Below, piece after piece: positions 14,553-27,360 of a DNA stretch of 64,000 bases. This stretch comes from Lingula anatina (lineage: Eukaryota > Animalia > Brachiopoda): NCBI GenBank assembly GCA_051362555.1, contig CM120649.1, forward strand, positions 14,446,001 to 14,510,000, in the 5' to 3' direction. Each line of letters starts with the position of its first letter. The stretch's first letter is position 1. The notes below the pieces were generated by a model. The model searched no databases and was not told where the DNA came from. It saw only the letters and a program-made list of their open reading frames with translations. A program made the translations under genes and the position numbers.

Positions 14553-17500
14553 AGGGCAGAGTTTTTGTTTGTAAATGCTACATTATTCCTGCCAAAGTGC
14601 CTCCCAATCTCTCACCCCCAACATCTTAGCTGCTCTCTTGGCACAGTTCAGGTCCATGATTTCTGAGGCGTCCATGTTGTTGATCTGTGCCTCTGAAGAA
14701 TAGCAGAAAATAGTTTCACATTATCATTTACAATTACACCTATATCTCTTGAATATAAGCTTATAATTTGAAATGGGGTTCCAAGAATTTAGTATAATTT
14801 TAGCATTCCTTATTGTTGCTGCACTTTCTTTTAAAATACCATATAGCAAATTTTCTGATTGTGCCCACATTACATGGCAAATTTAATAGGACTTAAATGT
14901 TAGTAGGCTTTGCTAAAAAATTACAAAATTATAATAAGTAGTTATGCCAAAAACATTTTCTTAACACGCTGTGAGAGGGCTTCTACTCTAAAGAATTATA
15001 GACTACACCACTTACAGGGTATTACATTCTATGTCTATTATTCTTACCTTGGTATTTTAAATTGCCCAGATGTAGAAGGGCTGCCAGAATTTTAAGAATG
15101 TCAAAGATTTCCGAATCTTCGAACATCAAAACTTTCATAGCCGAACGAATATCTGCAAAATCCTTGGCGTCATCGTGACCTTCACAATGAATGTCTCCTC
15201 CCTAAGAAAACAAAAGATGCGAAAGATTTATGAAAATGCTGTTAATTCTCACTCTAAGCATCTTTGCACAAATTTCAAAATGCTTTTCTGGCAGGCACTT
15301 TGTGGGATGATCTCTCATTGGCAGATTTTCATCCAATCAAAATGATGGAAATGAAGTTTGTGCAACATGCTCAGTTAACAAATGGCTTTATTACCATAGG
15401 GATGGACACAAAATATATATATATATATAAAACAACAATGACACCATCATTCTGACACTGACAATCAATCCTGTTAGCAGGTGCATTTTGTTAATAGCTG
15501 CAATTGTTCTCTCTATTCATACTGTTTGATACATGTATAAAGGCACTTCTTTAGTTAATCTCTAATTGAAAAGTTACAGGATGAAGCAATGTAAAATAAA
15601 AAATGTAAATCTGATAGATAAGAAGCTGTCTACAACATAAGTACAAATAACACGTTTCCAGTATATGGAATTAAGATATATATGGGATAAATACTGTGAT
15701 TTTTGGACATTCAATGTTCCTGACGTTTCATTAACTTATAATGATAAAGCACAGAAAAAAAAAATTCTGTCCATCAGCAAGCAGTGAATAAGCAGTGAAA
15801 CTATAAGATGTAATATTATATTCATACACATGGTACTCTGCAAACCATGCTAAAACATTTTCCAGAAACATTAATTTTCAAAGATAAATCTTGTACGTTA
15901 TAATCGAAATAAATTTGAAAGATATTCTCATTCCCTCATGAAATGTACAAACCAACAAATTATAAGGAAAACAACTTACACTTTTTAGAAAATATCTTAG
16001 ACCTTTTTTCGACTAATTTGAAACATGGTTTGCAGGAGGCCAAAGGCCAACAATCAGATCTCGTTCATCAAAAACCTATTAGCAACACAGGACACCATGA
16101 AATAAATTTATATCAAGAACTCCTCATTCAATAAATTCTGCCTTAATTGCCATCCCTCATACCACTGCATCCTTTATATATAGTTTACTAAATCTAATTC
16201 AATCCTCACACCTTCAAGCTTAGTACTGGTTAGTTCTCAAATTTCCCCAATGTTAGCCCATCATTTCAGGTTAAACTTTGCCACCATTTCCTGTTTACAA
16301 AAGAACGGTTCCCCTTACCAACTCAAAATTGACAAACTTGCCTTAATGTGAGGTGTATAAATTAATAAAGCCCAGATGTTTTCTTTGCTATAAATGTTCA
16401 CTTCTTCAATATAAACAAAAATGCAATAAGGCTTAACAACAAATGCATCTGCCAAAGTTAAATAGGCTACCTAACTTATTAATTTCTTTTATAGCAACGC
16501 CATAAGCTTTGCACCAAAAATGACTGTAGTGAAGCTCTTGTAAAAGCCACTCACAAAAATATGCTAAAGCTATGTAAGAATTCTGTAAGCCATGGCATGG
16601 TTAAAAAAAACTTTATTTGGGGGAGGGGGGCAGGGTTAGATGGAGGGGGTTCATGTTTTGTATTGATCTTTGTCAAAAAATAATAGGTTGAAAACGAACC
16701 ATGGAGTAAGGCAGCCTCCAATGCAATGGAAAATGATAAAGCAAAACAGCACAACATATCATGGCCAAAAAGATATCTAGTTACAAAAACATTAGTTTCT
16801 TAACTAAAGCTACCTTTGAATGACCCTCAATAACATAATGATTAATTTCAAACTTCTTCCCCTGATTCTAATCTAATTAACATCATTAATTTTCTCCCGT
16901 TATGTCTGAATCCGCACACACAAAATTTAAACAAATTCAGAGTATCTGACACTCTGATAGTGTCCGTGTCATTCGAAATAAGAGTTTATAATGCACTCTC
17001 TGACCCCATCCAAACCTTGCCCATGTCATGTCCAATGTAGCACATGTTCCAACAGATAGCTACACAGAGAAATGCTACTCTGGTAACAGCTTGAAGAAGC
17101 AGACAGCCCTAATTTCAGTGTGTCACAGCTGGTTTCTTATGAGAAGATGATCTTTTTAACTGTCTCAAGATCAGGACCATGACCTGGTTAATGCCATTAA
17201 GTCTGTGAGCACCGAATAGTTTTTCTATTCTTCAAACTTTATTCCTTTCCAAAACATTCTGACTAGTCCATTCTTGGTCATTTGCTGTTATTTGCAATGG
17301 TGTAAGAAGACTTAAACCCCAATTTATCTGCCTTTGTTGTGTTCATTGTCTGCTAACAATAACTGATGCTGTGAAAGGTTTCCATACAGCAAAAATGCAT
17401 GTTGTACTTTCATGACTACTCTATCAATAAAGTGAAATAATAGGGACATTCAATTTACTAATTGGAAAAATGAAATGGAGTGCATGTTCAAGCAACTTGC

Positions 17501-20440
17501 ATTGCAAACTTAACATAACTGCAACAGTAATATGGTTTTGCATTTGACAACAACCAAATGAAAACGCAAGTATAGTGGAAAATAGGCCATGCAAGTAGCA
17601 TTCCAAATTTCAAACAATGAAATTGCCAAAAATTAAAATCAAGAGAAGAATTTTCTGAATTGTGCAACTCCTATCTTAAAATCAGTGCAAACGGAGAGTC
17701 CATTCATGACAGTTCTTACATCTTCAGGCCATCACATCATCAAATGATATCTGAGTGAGGAGTGAGCTGCTGCAGTTCAAAATTCATAAGGTGTTTCATC
17801 AAGCTTCAAGCAAGTGAGCTTTATATTTCATCATGCATATCAGGGTTCCCACTATGACCAACCATGCCATGAGTATGCATATTTGACCTAATTTCATCTA
17901 TTTTCTACTGTGACCTCATAAAAATTAAGACTTGCCCCTGGAAACCAATGGGAAACCCTGAATATGGACAATGAAGGTTAGGATCACGGCTGAAAAATAT
18001 GACATGGAATCAACGACGGAAGTTGATATGAATCGACTTTCTGTGCAAAAAATATGTAAAAAAAAATATGTAAAAAAAAAAAAAAAAAAATACATACATA
18101 CACGTAAAGATCTAAATTTTAAATTCTTTATTTTATCAGCCATGATCAATTATATTAGTGTTATACGTGAGCACTGGTGCATTAGATAAGTACCATTCTT
18201 CAACTCATATCATAACATTCAACGCAATCATTAGTACACGGTATCCCCAACGAACACCTAACTCATTTGAGCAAACGCAATTCCACACACTATCAGGGTC
18301 CAGCCATGCAATACATCACCATATATGGGCAAATAGGTCAAAGGGTAAAGTTCAAAGTTCAAAGGGTAAGAATATAGGTCAAAGAAGTAGCATCAGCCTG
18401 TTGTTACCTTGGATGGGTCCTTGAAGAAAAGAAGAAAGTGATTGGTCATTAACTAGGGCAATGTTATGTGCAGCTGTAAGACGCGCTGTGCAAAAATAGT
18501 GATCAAAGGTCAACTACTTTGAGACGGAATAAAAAAGTTAAAGTTTTTCAAAGATAATGTGCAATTAATTTTACTTTGTTATTTTATTGTTTTGTAGACA
18601 AGTAAGTTAAAATTTACAGGCAATGAAAAAGCTAAAAGAAAAATTATTAAGCAAACTAGGAACTTCTGTGAAATGCAAATATCAACAAATTCATTTAGGC
18701 TTCAGATTTGGACACCTGAAAAGGAAATTTGTGATAAAAAAAACAAACAAAACTACAACAAATCTCTACTCATAGACAAATTAAAAAAGATAAACTGCTT
18801 CTCCTATAAATTCTCTTTTGGAACTTTTTCATAAAGATTTCCAGAATAGAATCTGATTCTATAATTCTCTACATAAATGGAGTTGGATCAACAAAAATTT
18901 CAAATGTTTTAAGATTCCAGAGAGTTACCACAATTTGTGCAATCTAATATAAAACAAAGCAAACTGTTAAGTCCCAATGACAGTTTCAAGTTACCTGAAC
19001 CAAGTAATAGTAGTGTGTGGCATCCTTTAGCTCCAACTCTGCCATTTGCTGTTTGGTCATGCCTGCCAGCATGCAGTAGAATATGTGGTAGTTCCTTTCA
19101 TCATGGGCCTGGAAGGTCAAGGTGAAGGTCAAGTAAGGTTAAGGTCAACATGAGGTTAAGGTCAACATGACAAGGCGAAAGTCAATAGAAAAAACTTATG
19201 GTCAATACAAAAAAAAAAAAAAAAAAAAAAAAAAGTTATGATCAAATAAAATTGAAGTAAGCTTGTTAAGAAAAAAAAAAACTGCCACATTCTCAAGTTA
19301 CAATGGTATGGATAACAATCTCAAGCAGATATTTCTTCGGCAAAAATACATAAATAAAAAATAAATAATAATAAAGGAATACCAAAAATAACAACTTCAT
19401 TTAAAAAATAATCATTACTACAGTCCTGTTGTTCACCTGATTGACAATCCTAGATTTCTCCAGTAAATACTGTTCTATCTTAGCACCTTCTATAGAGCCT
19501 TTGCTGTTGAAGTGAATGTCTATGTACTTGCCAAAGCGACTAGAGTTGTCGTTACGTATTGTCTTGGCATTTCCAAAGGCTGCAAGGATAAATTATGATT
19601 TGATTTAGTGTCTTTCTATCATAATGACATATATATGTTGCTACTTGTAAAGTCAGGCATATTTTCTTTTGTAAAACCTAGATCAGACATCACTTATATA
19701 TATCCTTCTGTTCATTGCATTTGTTTCAAAATTCTGTTGTTTTTTTTTCAACACAAAATTTATAGCAATAATTATTATTATGATAATTACACAATGGCAA
19801 TTAACTGCCATTTCTTGCTATCAGTAATTCAGATAAAGTCTTTCAAGCACCAACCATTTCTAAAAATGTAAGTGTACATGTACATGCATGCGTGTTCACA
19901 TTCCCACCTATGCTATGAGTAAAATACCTTCCATAATAGGGTTAGCCTCCAGAATCTGTTGCTCTATCCAGGAGTGCTGCCCACTGACTGCAGCCAGAAA
20001 CTGAAGAATTAGCTTGGTACTCTCTGTTTTACCAGCGCCAGACTCTCCACTGGAATAGTTACAATATGCATTGTTTTAATTATCTATATTTTAAATTTTT
20101 GATTTTTTTGTGAGAACATATTTGAGGGAAAGGTTTGATGAGGATCAGGTGGGAGAGGGAGGAGAGAGTAAAAGATATTGGAGAAAAATATCAAAAATGA
20201 CCCCAATGAATCAAATGGACATGATATGTTATCAATCCTTAATTCCCTTTTTTTCTTCTATTCAGTAAAGAACTTCCTGTTGAACACTCAGTAACTTTGA
20301 TAATTACTTTAATCAACAGCTTACATTCCTTTTTTTTCTGACAAAATTATTCACCATAACTTTTGTATTTTGCACCATATGGTACTATAATGGCAAAAAA
20401 ACATTCTTTCTTTCCTTTTTAATCAATTACTTATTTTGTC

Positions 20441-20494
<54 letters not shown>

Positions 20495-23400
20495 CATGCG
20501 TGTGTGTTCTCACCTGATAATCACACACTGGTCATGCCTATATCTCATCATACTGTGGTAAGCATTGTCTCCTATAGCAAATATATGTGGTGGCAGTTCT
20601 CCTATCTTCCTGTCCCTGTATGCCTTGATCTGTTCACTGTGGTAGATAGGGAGCACCTGGTATGGGTTTACAGCTACCAGGATGGAACCTGTGTATGTCT
20701 GTAGAGAGAAATGAGATTTCTGTATAGTATTAGCATTATAATATTAGATGAATATATGTTGGAATTTTAGAAGCACCTGGTTGGGGTTCACTGCCACCAC
20801 GAAAGAACCTGTGTATGGCTGGAGAGAGAAATAGTATTTCTGTGTACTTTTACTATTAGAATGCATAATTATATTGATTGGAATCAAGGAAACAATTTGA
20901 TGCCATAAGATGGAATCTTGTGTCAGCATGCAGTGATTGCGAAAGAGATTGAAAACTTACCAGACATGTGGGCTGGAGCAAATTAAATTTTGTCAGCCCA
21001 CACCTTTTTTTATCGGCCCACAACAAAATAATCAAGCTGTATATTTTCACTTCATTTTTGATGAATATTATTGTCTGGCATTTTAAATTGTTGCTTTTTA
21101 ATTTTCAGGCCAGATGTAATAGGATGTTTAAAGGTTTAAGTTTAAACGTCTTTCATTTTGGTTGCTTTCTGGCATTTAATTAAGTTTTATCCTTTTTACA
21201 TCTGGGTTGCCTATCTTAATTTCTAATCTTTTAACACAAGATCATGTATCCTTTGTAAATTTTATTCCAATTTTTGACTTAAATTAAAACATAAGTCATA
21301 GTGAAGTGGAGCTTCCAACTTTTGTAACGTTTTTTAGATTTTCACTCTTGGAAAAATTCTTGTCTGTTAGCAGGGATTGTCCTGGGTCAAAATCTGGTCG
21401 GGCCATTTTGGCCCACTTGGTCAAAAAAAGTGTGCCATTTTTTAAAAATGTGTGCCGTGAATTATTTAAAGAAAATTCATTGTATTTCAATATTTTTTTA
21501 TATGATTAAAATCATGCAATGAAAAAAGGCTTAATGCTACTACTGTGAAGTCCTAAATAATTGTAGTGTGTGGAAAAATCTTCCAAAATAAACATATTGT
21601 CTGAAAAATTGTACAGTACTTAATGGAAAAATCTTCAGAATTGATAATTGCACTATGCCAAATAATTGCACTACATGGAAAAGGTAGACAAATCCCATTT
21701 TTATTGTAAAATTTCATCAGATTATATATCACAAACACTGATCCCAGTAGCTGAATCACAATATAATAACACCAAGCTCATGCTCTTATCCACTTATGCC
21801 AATTAGGATAAGACAAAGTGGTTCAATTGTCTCAAGTATATGGTACAACATCAATGTACAGCATTACTGGTGTGATTGTGTATCAGATAGATATCAAGGT
21901 TATCAAAACCATGAAATTTAATAATCTCAAGCACTGGCTAAAGCATCATTATGCAACATTACTGCTGGAATTGTACATCTCAGAACTGGGTCTGGGTTTT
22001 AGCCAGCAATGTCAATGGTGGATTTTTTTTCTGGATAAAAGTAGACCTTTCACCAAGAAACTTTCCGTAACTTCCCTGTAAGTAGATCACTTGTACCCAG
22101 AGTGGACCTTTTCATGTCAAAATGGGTTGTTTTTCATCCCCCCCCCCCCCCCCCCCTGCACCCAGACTGGACTCAATGACCCGGTCAGTGAAATGACCCT
22201 GGGACCACACCCCCTTCCGTGACCAGTCTGGACCCAGTCATTAAGTCACCTGCCACTGCCCCGGGGTCACATCTCTTGGTCAGTTGGTACCAGGGCACCT
22301 GACCTCTGTACTAGTAATTATATATCACACCGTATGGTCTCAGAGGTGAGAGTACTGGTTATCAAGACTTGACTGCACTTATAAAGCTTGGCTGCATTTT
22401 AAGTATATTGTAAATGTGCATTCTATTCTCCTTTCAAGCAATATTTCTTCATTTATAATCATAAGAACAAGTCTGCAATGTAATTATCTTTTATGTGTTA
22501 TATTAATGAACCCACATATTCCTGGTCATAAAAAGTACACTTGATCAAGTGCTCAAATCTGTACACGTAAAATTGTATTCAAGGACAAATCCAATTATAT
22601 AAAACCATGTAGAAATCAATTCTCTATAATACCAGATATAAAATGTCCACGTATCATGTTGCCCTGAGGAGAACAACAATGTTCACAGGATATAATAAAT
22701 CAGCCCCAGGGGTTATAGACAATGAAATAGGCGGGGAGAGGAGGAAGGGGAGGGGAAGGGGAGGGATGTAGTGATTTGTGGGTGGAGAAGGGGTGGGGGG
22801 GACATGGGATATTAATTGGTATTATGGGCAATGGAGGGGGGGGAGGTGAATGGGGAGGGACGGGGGAGGGCAGGGGTTGGATATAGTGACATATGGGAGA
22901 GGGAGAGGGAGGGGCACAAGACTGAAATTGGTGATATGGGTAACTGAAGGGTAGGGGAAAAAGTGGAGGGAAAGGGGGGGAGGCAGGAGCAATCTATAAC
23001 ACCACTGAATATTCTCTTCAATTTCACTTTTGAGGAGGAATATTATTCTGAAATTATGCAGTTAATTTTTAGTGGGTGGGACTAAGTGTTTTCATACAAC
23101 ACAAATATCTATATCAAATATATCCTTATCATTGAGACAGTCAATCAAATCCAGCAGTCAGTTCATTCTCTCCAGGCATTTAGTGCAAGCCTGATGAATG
23201 ACATCCAACCAGATGGTTATTCTATGCAGTCATTACAACCATCTTATTAAATATTAATCTGAATTTTTCTACACACCAAAAGATATCCAGGGCATCTGCA
23301 GCGAAGACCTAAATAGTTATCCCCGTTAATATCATTCTGCATGGGCAAATACATCCTTATGGTGAATATCTATTATCTATTAGTGCTGAATATAATCTTT

Positions 23401-26400
23401 GTGTTGAACTCAGCAGAGCATGATAAAGCTGTTGCTCCTAAGTAATCTTCTATATATGTTTAAGCAATGTGCCTTTGTAGGAAGACTGGGGAATCCTTGA
23501 AATTCTATACACCTGAATTCACAAGTAGAAAGGACAGAAATTCCTTTCTATTCTAACAAGGCAAAAAAAAGGGAAAGATATCAAATTTTCTAGCAAAATG
23601 AAAAAAAGAACCATCCTCTTTAAAGAGCTATAATGCTGTAAAAGGTGAATTTTTTAGTTCATAATAAAAAATACCTCTTCCTTACATTTTTCAACATTTA
23701 ATAAGCCAGTTCCACACTGAACAATAAGCTTTCTTAGATCTGCACTAATCAACCCATTCTTGTGGCTTCAAAACAGAAACCATTTAAAACTGCACTGTGT
23801 ACCTTTTTGCATGCTGAAACACTTTAAATGCTTTGGCTGTCTTAAAAGTTGTCAAACCTTGTTCACATTAAATTGGCAATAGTGTAGATTTGAGACATGA
23901 TTTTGGGTTATAAGAAAAAAGTAGGAAGAAATAGCTTGGTGGCCTTACTGCAGAAATATAGAAAACCAACAAGAAAAAAAAAACATCAAACATTCAATTT
24001 GAACTGAAACAAATTGTCATATTAAAAGTAATGGGAACCACAGTTGAAATGCATACTTACATATATCATATTTTGCTGATATCTTGTGAACAGGTTTCTG
24101 AGAATGGCCTCTTCGTGAAGGTCACCAAGGGCAATCATGTCTTCAACGCCTTCCACCGATGTCGCGTGCATGTGGCGGACTTTCTGTCCTGCTTTAATCC
24201 AGTGTTCCTAATAAGATAATGCGATAATTGTCAATTAAGTATGAAGTAATAAAATTAATTTTTAGAGTTGCACTACATGCCTGATACACACATTGGGTTT
24301 AGATGCACGTATTCATTAAACCTAAGAATTAAGTTATTACTACACAGTTTGCAAAGTTGAGAAATTTTTATTTTACTATTTCACTCCCTTACAAGGAACT
24401 ATCACTGATTCACAACAATTTTATTCTGTTATCTTGTGCCAGGCATGCTAAAATATACAAATCCGTTGTTTCATGCTACAGAGTATGTACAACTTGGGGA
24501 TATTCTAGGACTGAAAAAATATTCCCTGAATTTTCCAGAAACCCATCCTTGATACCAACCCAAGTTTCCCTGAATTTCATACGGGTGCAAATCCTGCACC
24601 TCTGCATGCAGCCGTGCTTGGAGTCGTACTCAAACAAACATGGCGCAAAAAGTTCCTTTTCTTTGGATTTCCGCGGTTTTGGCAGAGGGGGTTTCCCATG
24701 GGGTCCCGGCTGCCAGTCCATTGGCATGCGAAACATGGTGAAGCGAGGGTTTCAGCTGACTTCAAGATGAAAGCTAGTGGGTAAATACTATACTGGACAA
24801 GACAGGAAGTTGAATGGGGAATGTTTTGTCTTTTGGCCACCAATAATGGTATCTACTAGTACATGGCCCAAACATTTCATGAAAACTGAACAACTGTTTC
24901 CCCAGTTCTGTGGGCAGGGGTGGGGGTGTTTTTAATAAATGTCTGCTGTGAATCAAAATTTGGTCTAAGATTTATTCCATTTGTCAGGGTTCACTTATTT
25001 TTAAGATGAGAACTCTCCCCTTTGAAATACTAGTAGTTGGCTACAAGCCTGCTGCCCCTTTTATTTGGCAAGGGCTCTAGTAAAATTTCAAGGACTCTGG
25101 TAAAATTTCACTGCATAGATCCTTCTAGACCATATGTGACATATTAGTTTGGTATAAAAACATCCAAGGCAATCTCAGATAAAGGCAAATAATCTCAGTC
25201 TTGAACTAGGTAAAGTCACTGTTTAAATTATTTTCAGAGAGTTAATTCTTTCTTGAAGGGTGCTGAATGAATTCCTAAACTACGATGGATAGAGGTTGAC
25301 ATAAATTGTATGCACATCCATCCTGCATAACTTCTGTTAAAATGGTGACCAAATTTGAGAAACTGCTATAATTCCTCTGCTAGAATTCCTCTGACGTTGC
25401 CTCTTCCAGCTTTCCTGGTAGATAAGAATTCTTCAGAATGAGATCCTGGGATAAATTTTCTTCTAAAAGCTTACACTCCAAGAAATCCTGCTGAAATAGT
25501 TCATCCTTATGTTAACAGTATCCAAACTGTTTCTAAACCAATTGCCCTCAGACTTTTGGGATTACAAGTACATCCAAGAAAAAAAAGTCTCTTGACTTCT
25601 TCTAACAGCTTCCAGTTCAAGTTCTTAGGAAAGAGTGACCTCTCTCCGTTGCACAAAATATATATTCCAAGTAATCTTGTTTGGGACTGCCCCAGGAGAG
25701 CGAGAAAAAGCGATTGCCATGGAAACGAATTTGGAGATTGCATGTCCCCCACCAGCTTCGTTCTAGCTGGTGACTGTAGTCAAGAAACTAGCACTTTGGA
25801 TAACAGCGGATATTAATTAACATTCCGGAACTTGGGGGAATTCAACAAGTATCTACAGTTTTTTAATCACACCTTGGCAATCACCATTTGGAGATACACT
25901 GGGCCATGCAAGTGAATGAATCTATTCCTAATTTTATTTTTTTTTACTGAGAGAAAAAACTGCCATGAAGTATATACAGATCTTTGTGATACTTTTAACA
26001 TCATGGCTACATTGGAGTTGACAAGTCCAACCTTTAATCTGAATGATACCGAATCATTTCACAGAAATTGCCTTTAAACTTGATGGGACTTAGCAACCTA
26101 TGGAAATTTAAGGTATACAAACTTTGGATTGAAACAACGTCGGGTTGTGTGTGTTTTACCAACATTTTATGATGAAAGTATTCAGTTTAAGGATGCAAGG
26201 GGACACCTACTCAACAGGTAGGTAAATTATCTGTTCTTGTTTTAACATGCAACATATAGAGTACCGATAATTCCGAGAATAATATCTTCATCATTCAAGT
26301 GATGAAATAATGTGAACAGTAGAGAAGCCTCAAGCATATCAATAAGTTCCAGGTACCCGACACATATTATAATGTTTGGCCAGTGGCTTTATCTCCCCTC

Positions 26401-27152
26401 TCTCCAAACCCACTCAAATCAAAACTAAATAATGAGTTTTTAAGTGTCTTGAGTAATTTTTAAGGTCATTACAGACTAGTTGATATTACAGCCATAACTC
26501 TTCCAAGAACAGCAATTAAATCTGTAAGCACTGATGCCCTCTGCTGCCCTTTAATGGAGAATGCTGCGTAAGTTGTCACCCTGGTTGACAAATGTCACCT
26601 GTATCACCAAGTTGACATCCGCCTAGGTACAAGTGAGTGGAGAGCAAACTGCTTGTAATTAGGTCTTGTAGCTTGGTATCTCCTCTCCTTTTACCATATG
26701 AGCATTTTTTTTCTTTTGCTCTAAGGTTTTAATTACGCTTGTAAGTAAGGTCTGGTTTAAAGCAAGCAGCATGGTTGATGAGGCAAACAAACATTAGTCA
26801 GGTTCGAGCCTTTTTAACTACCAAAAAGTCCGAAAATTAGCCAATAGTCTGAAAAATCTCACAACTGCCAATGATACATGTATTTTAGATCCCAAAAAGC
26901 CAGAAATCTGCCGATGGTTGGAAATATCTCATCCCTGACTAGTAACATACCTCTTCTTTAAAAACTAAGAGTGAATTCAAAAACAAAAACCATTTCTTCA
27001 CTGTCAACAAAACCGTTGCCCTCACCTTGCCATCGTCGTCCACGACGCAAATCTTCCCCGAGTCTGAAATGCGTACAACTGCCCCCACCGCCACCTCAAA
27101 CTCCCCTTTGGTCTTAGGGTCTGGGTCCAACCAGATATGGTCTCCCTGGGGA

Positions 27153-27192
<40 letters not shown>

Positions 27193-27316
27193 TTACTCAA
27201 CAGGTAGGTACTAGTAAATTATCTGTTCTTGTTTTAACATGCAACATATAGAGTTCCAATAATTCCAAGAATAATAATTAGGGTCTGGGTCCAACCAGAT
27301 ATGGTCCCCCTGGGGA

Positions 27317-27360
<44 letters not shown>

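Noticed and set aside
17936-18040. 105-nt exon-like segment with acceptor ttgcacag and GC donor GCAAGT
   Set aside because: It has a stop in the phase required by the host intron, and the putative donor lies inside the 17841-17960 MITE.
22730-22990. G-rich purine tract and its Pro-rich antisense ORF
   Set aside because: Low-complexity sequence with no splice or homology support; G4 potential alone is unremarkable.
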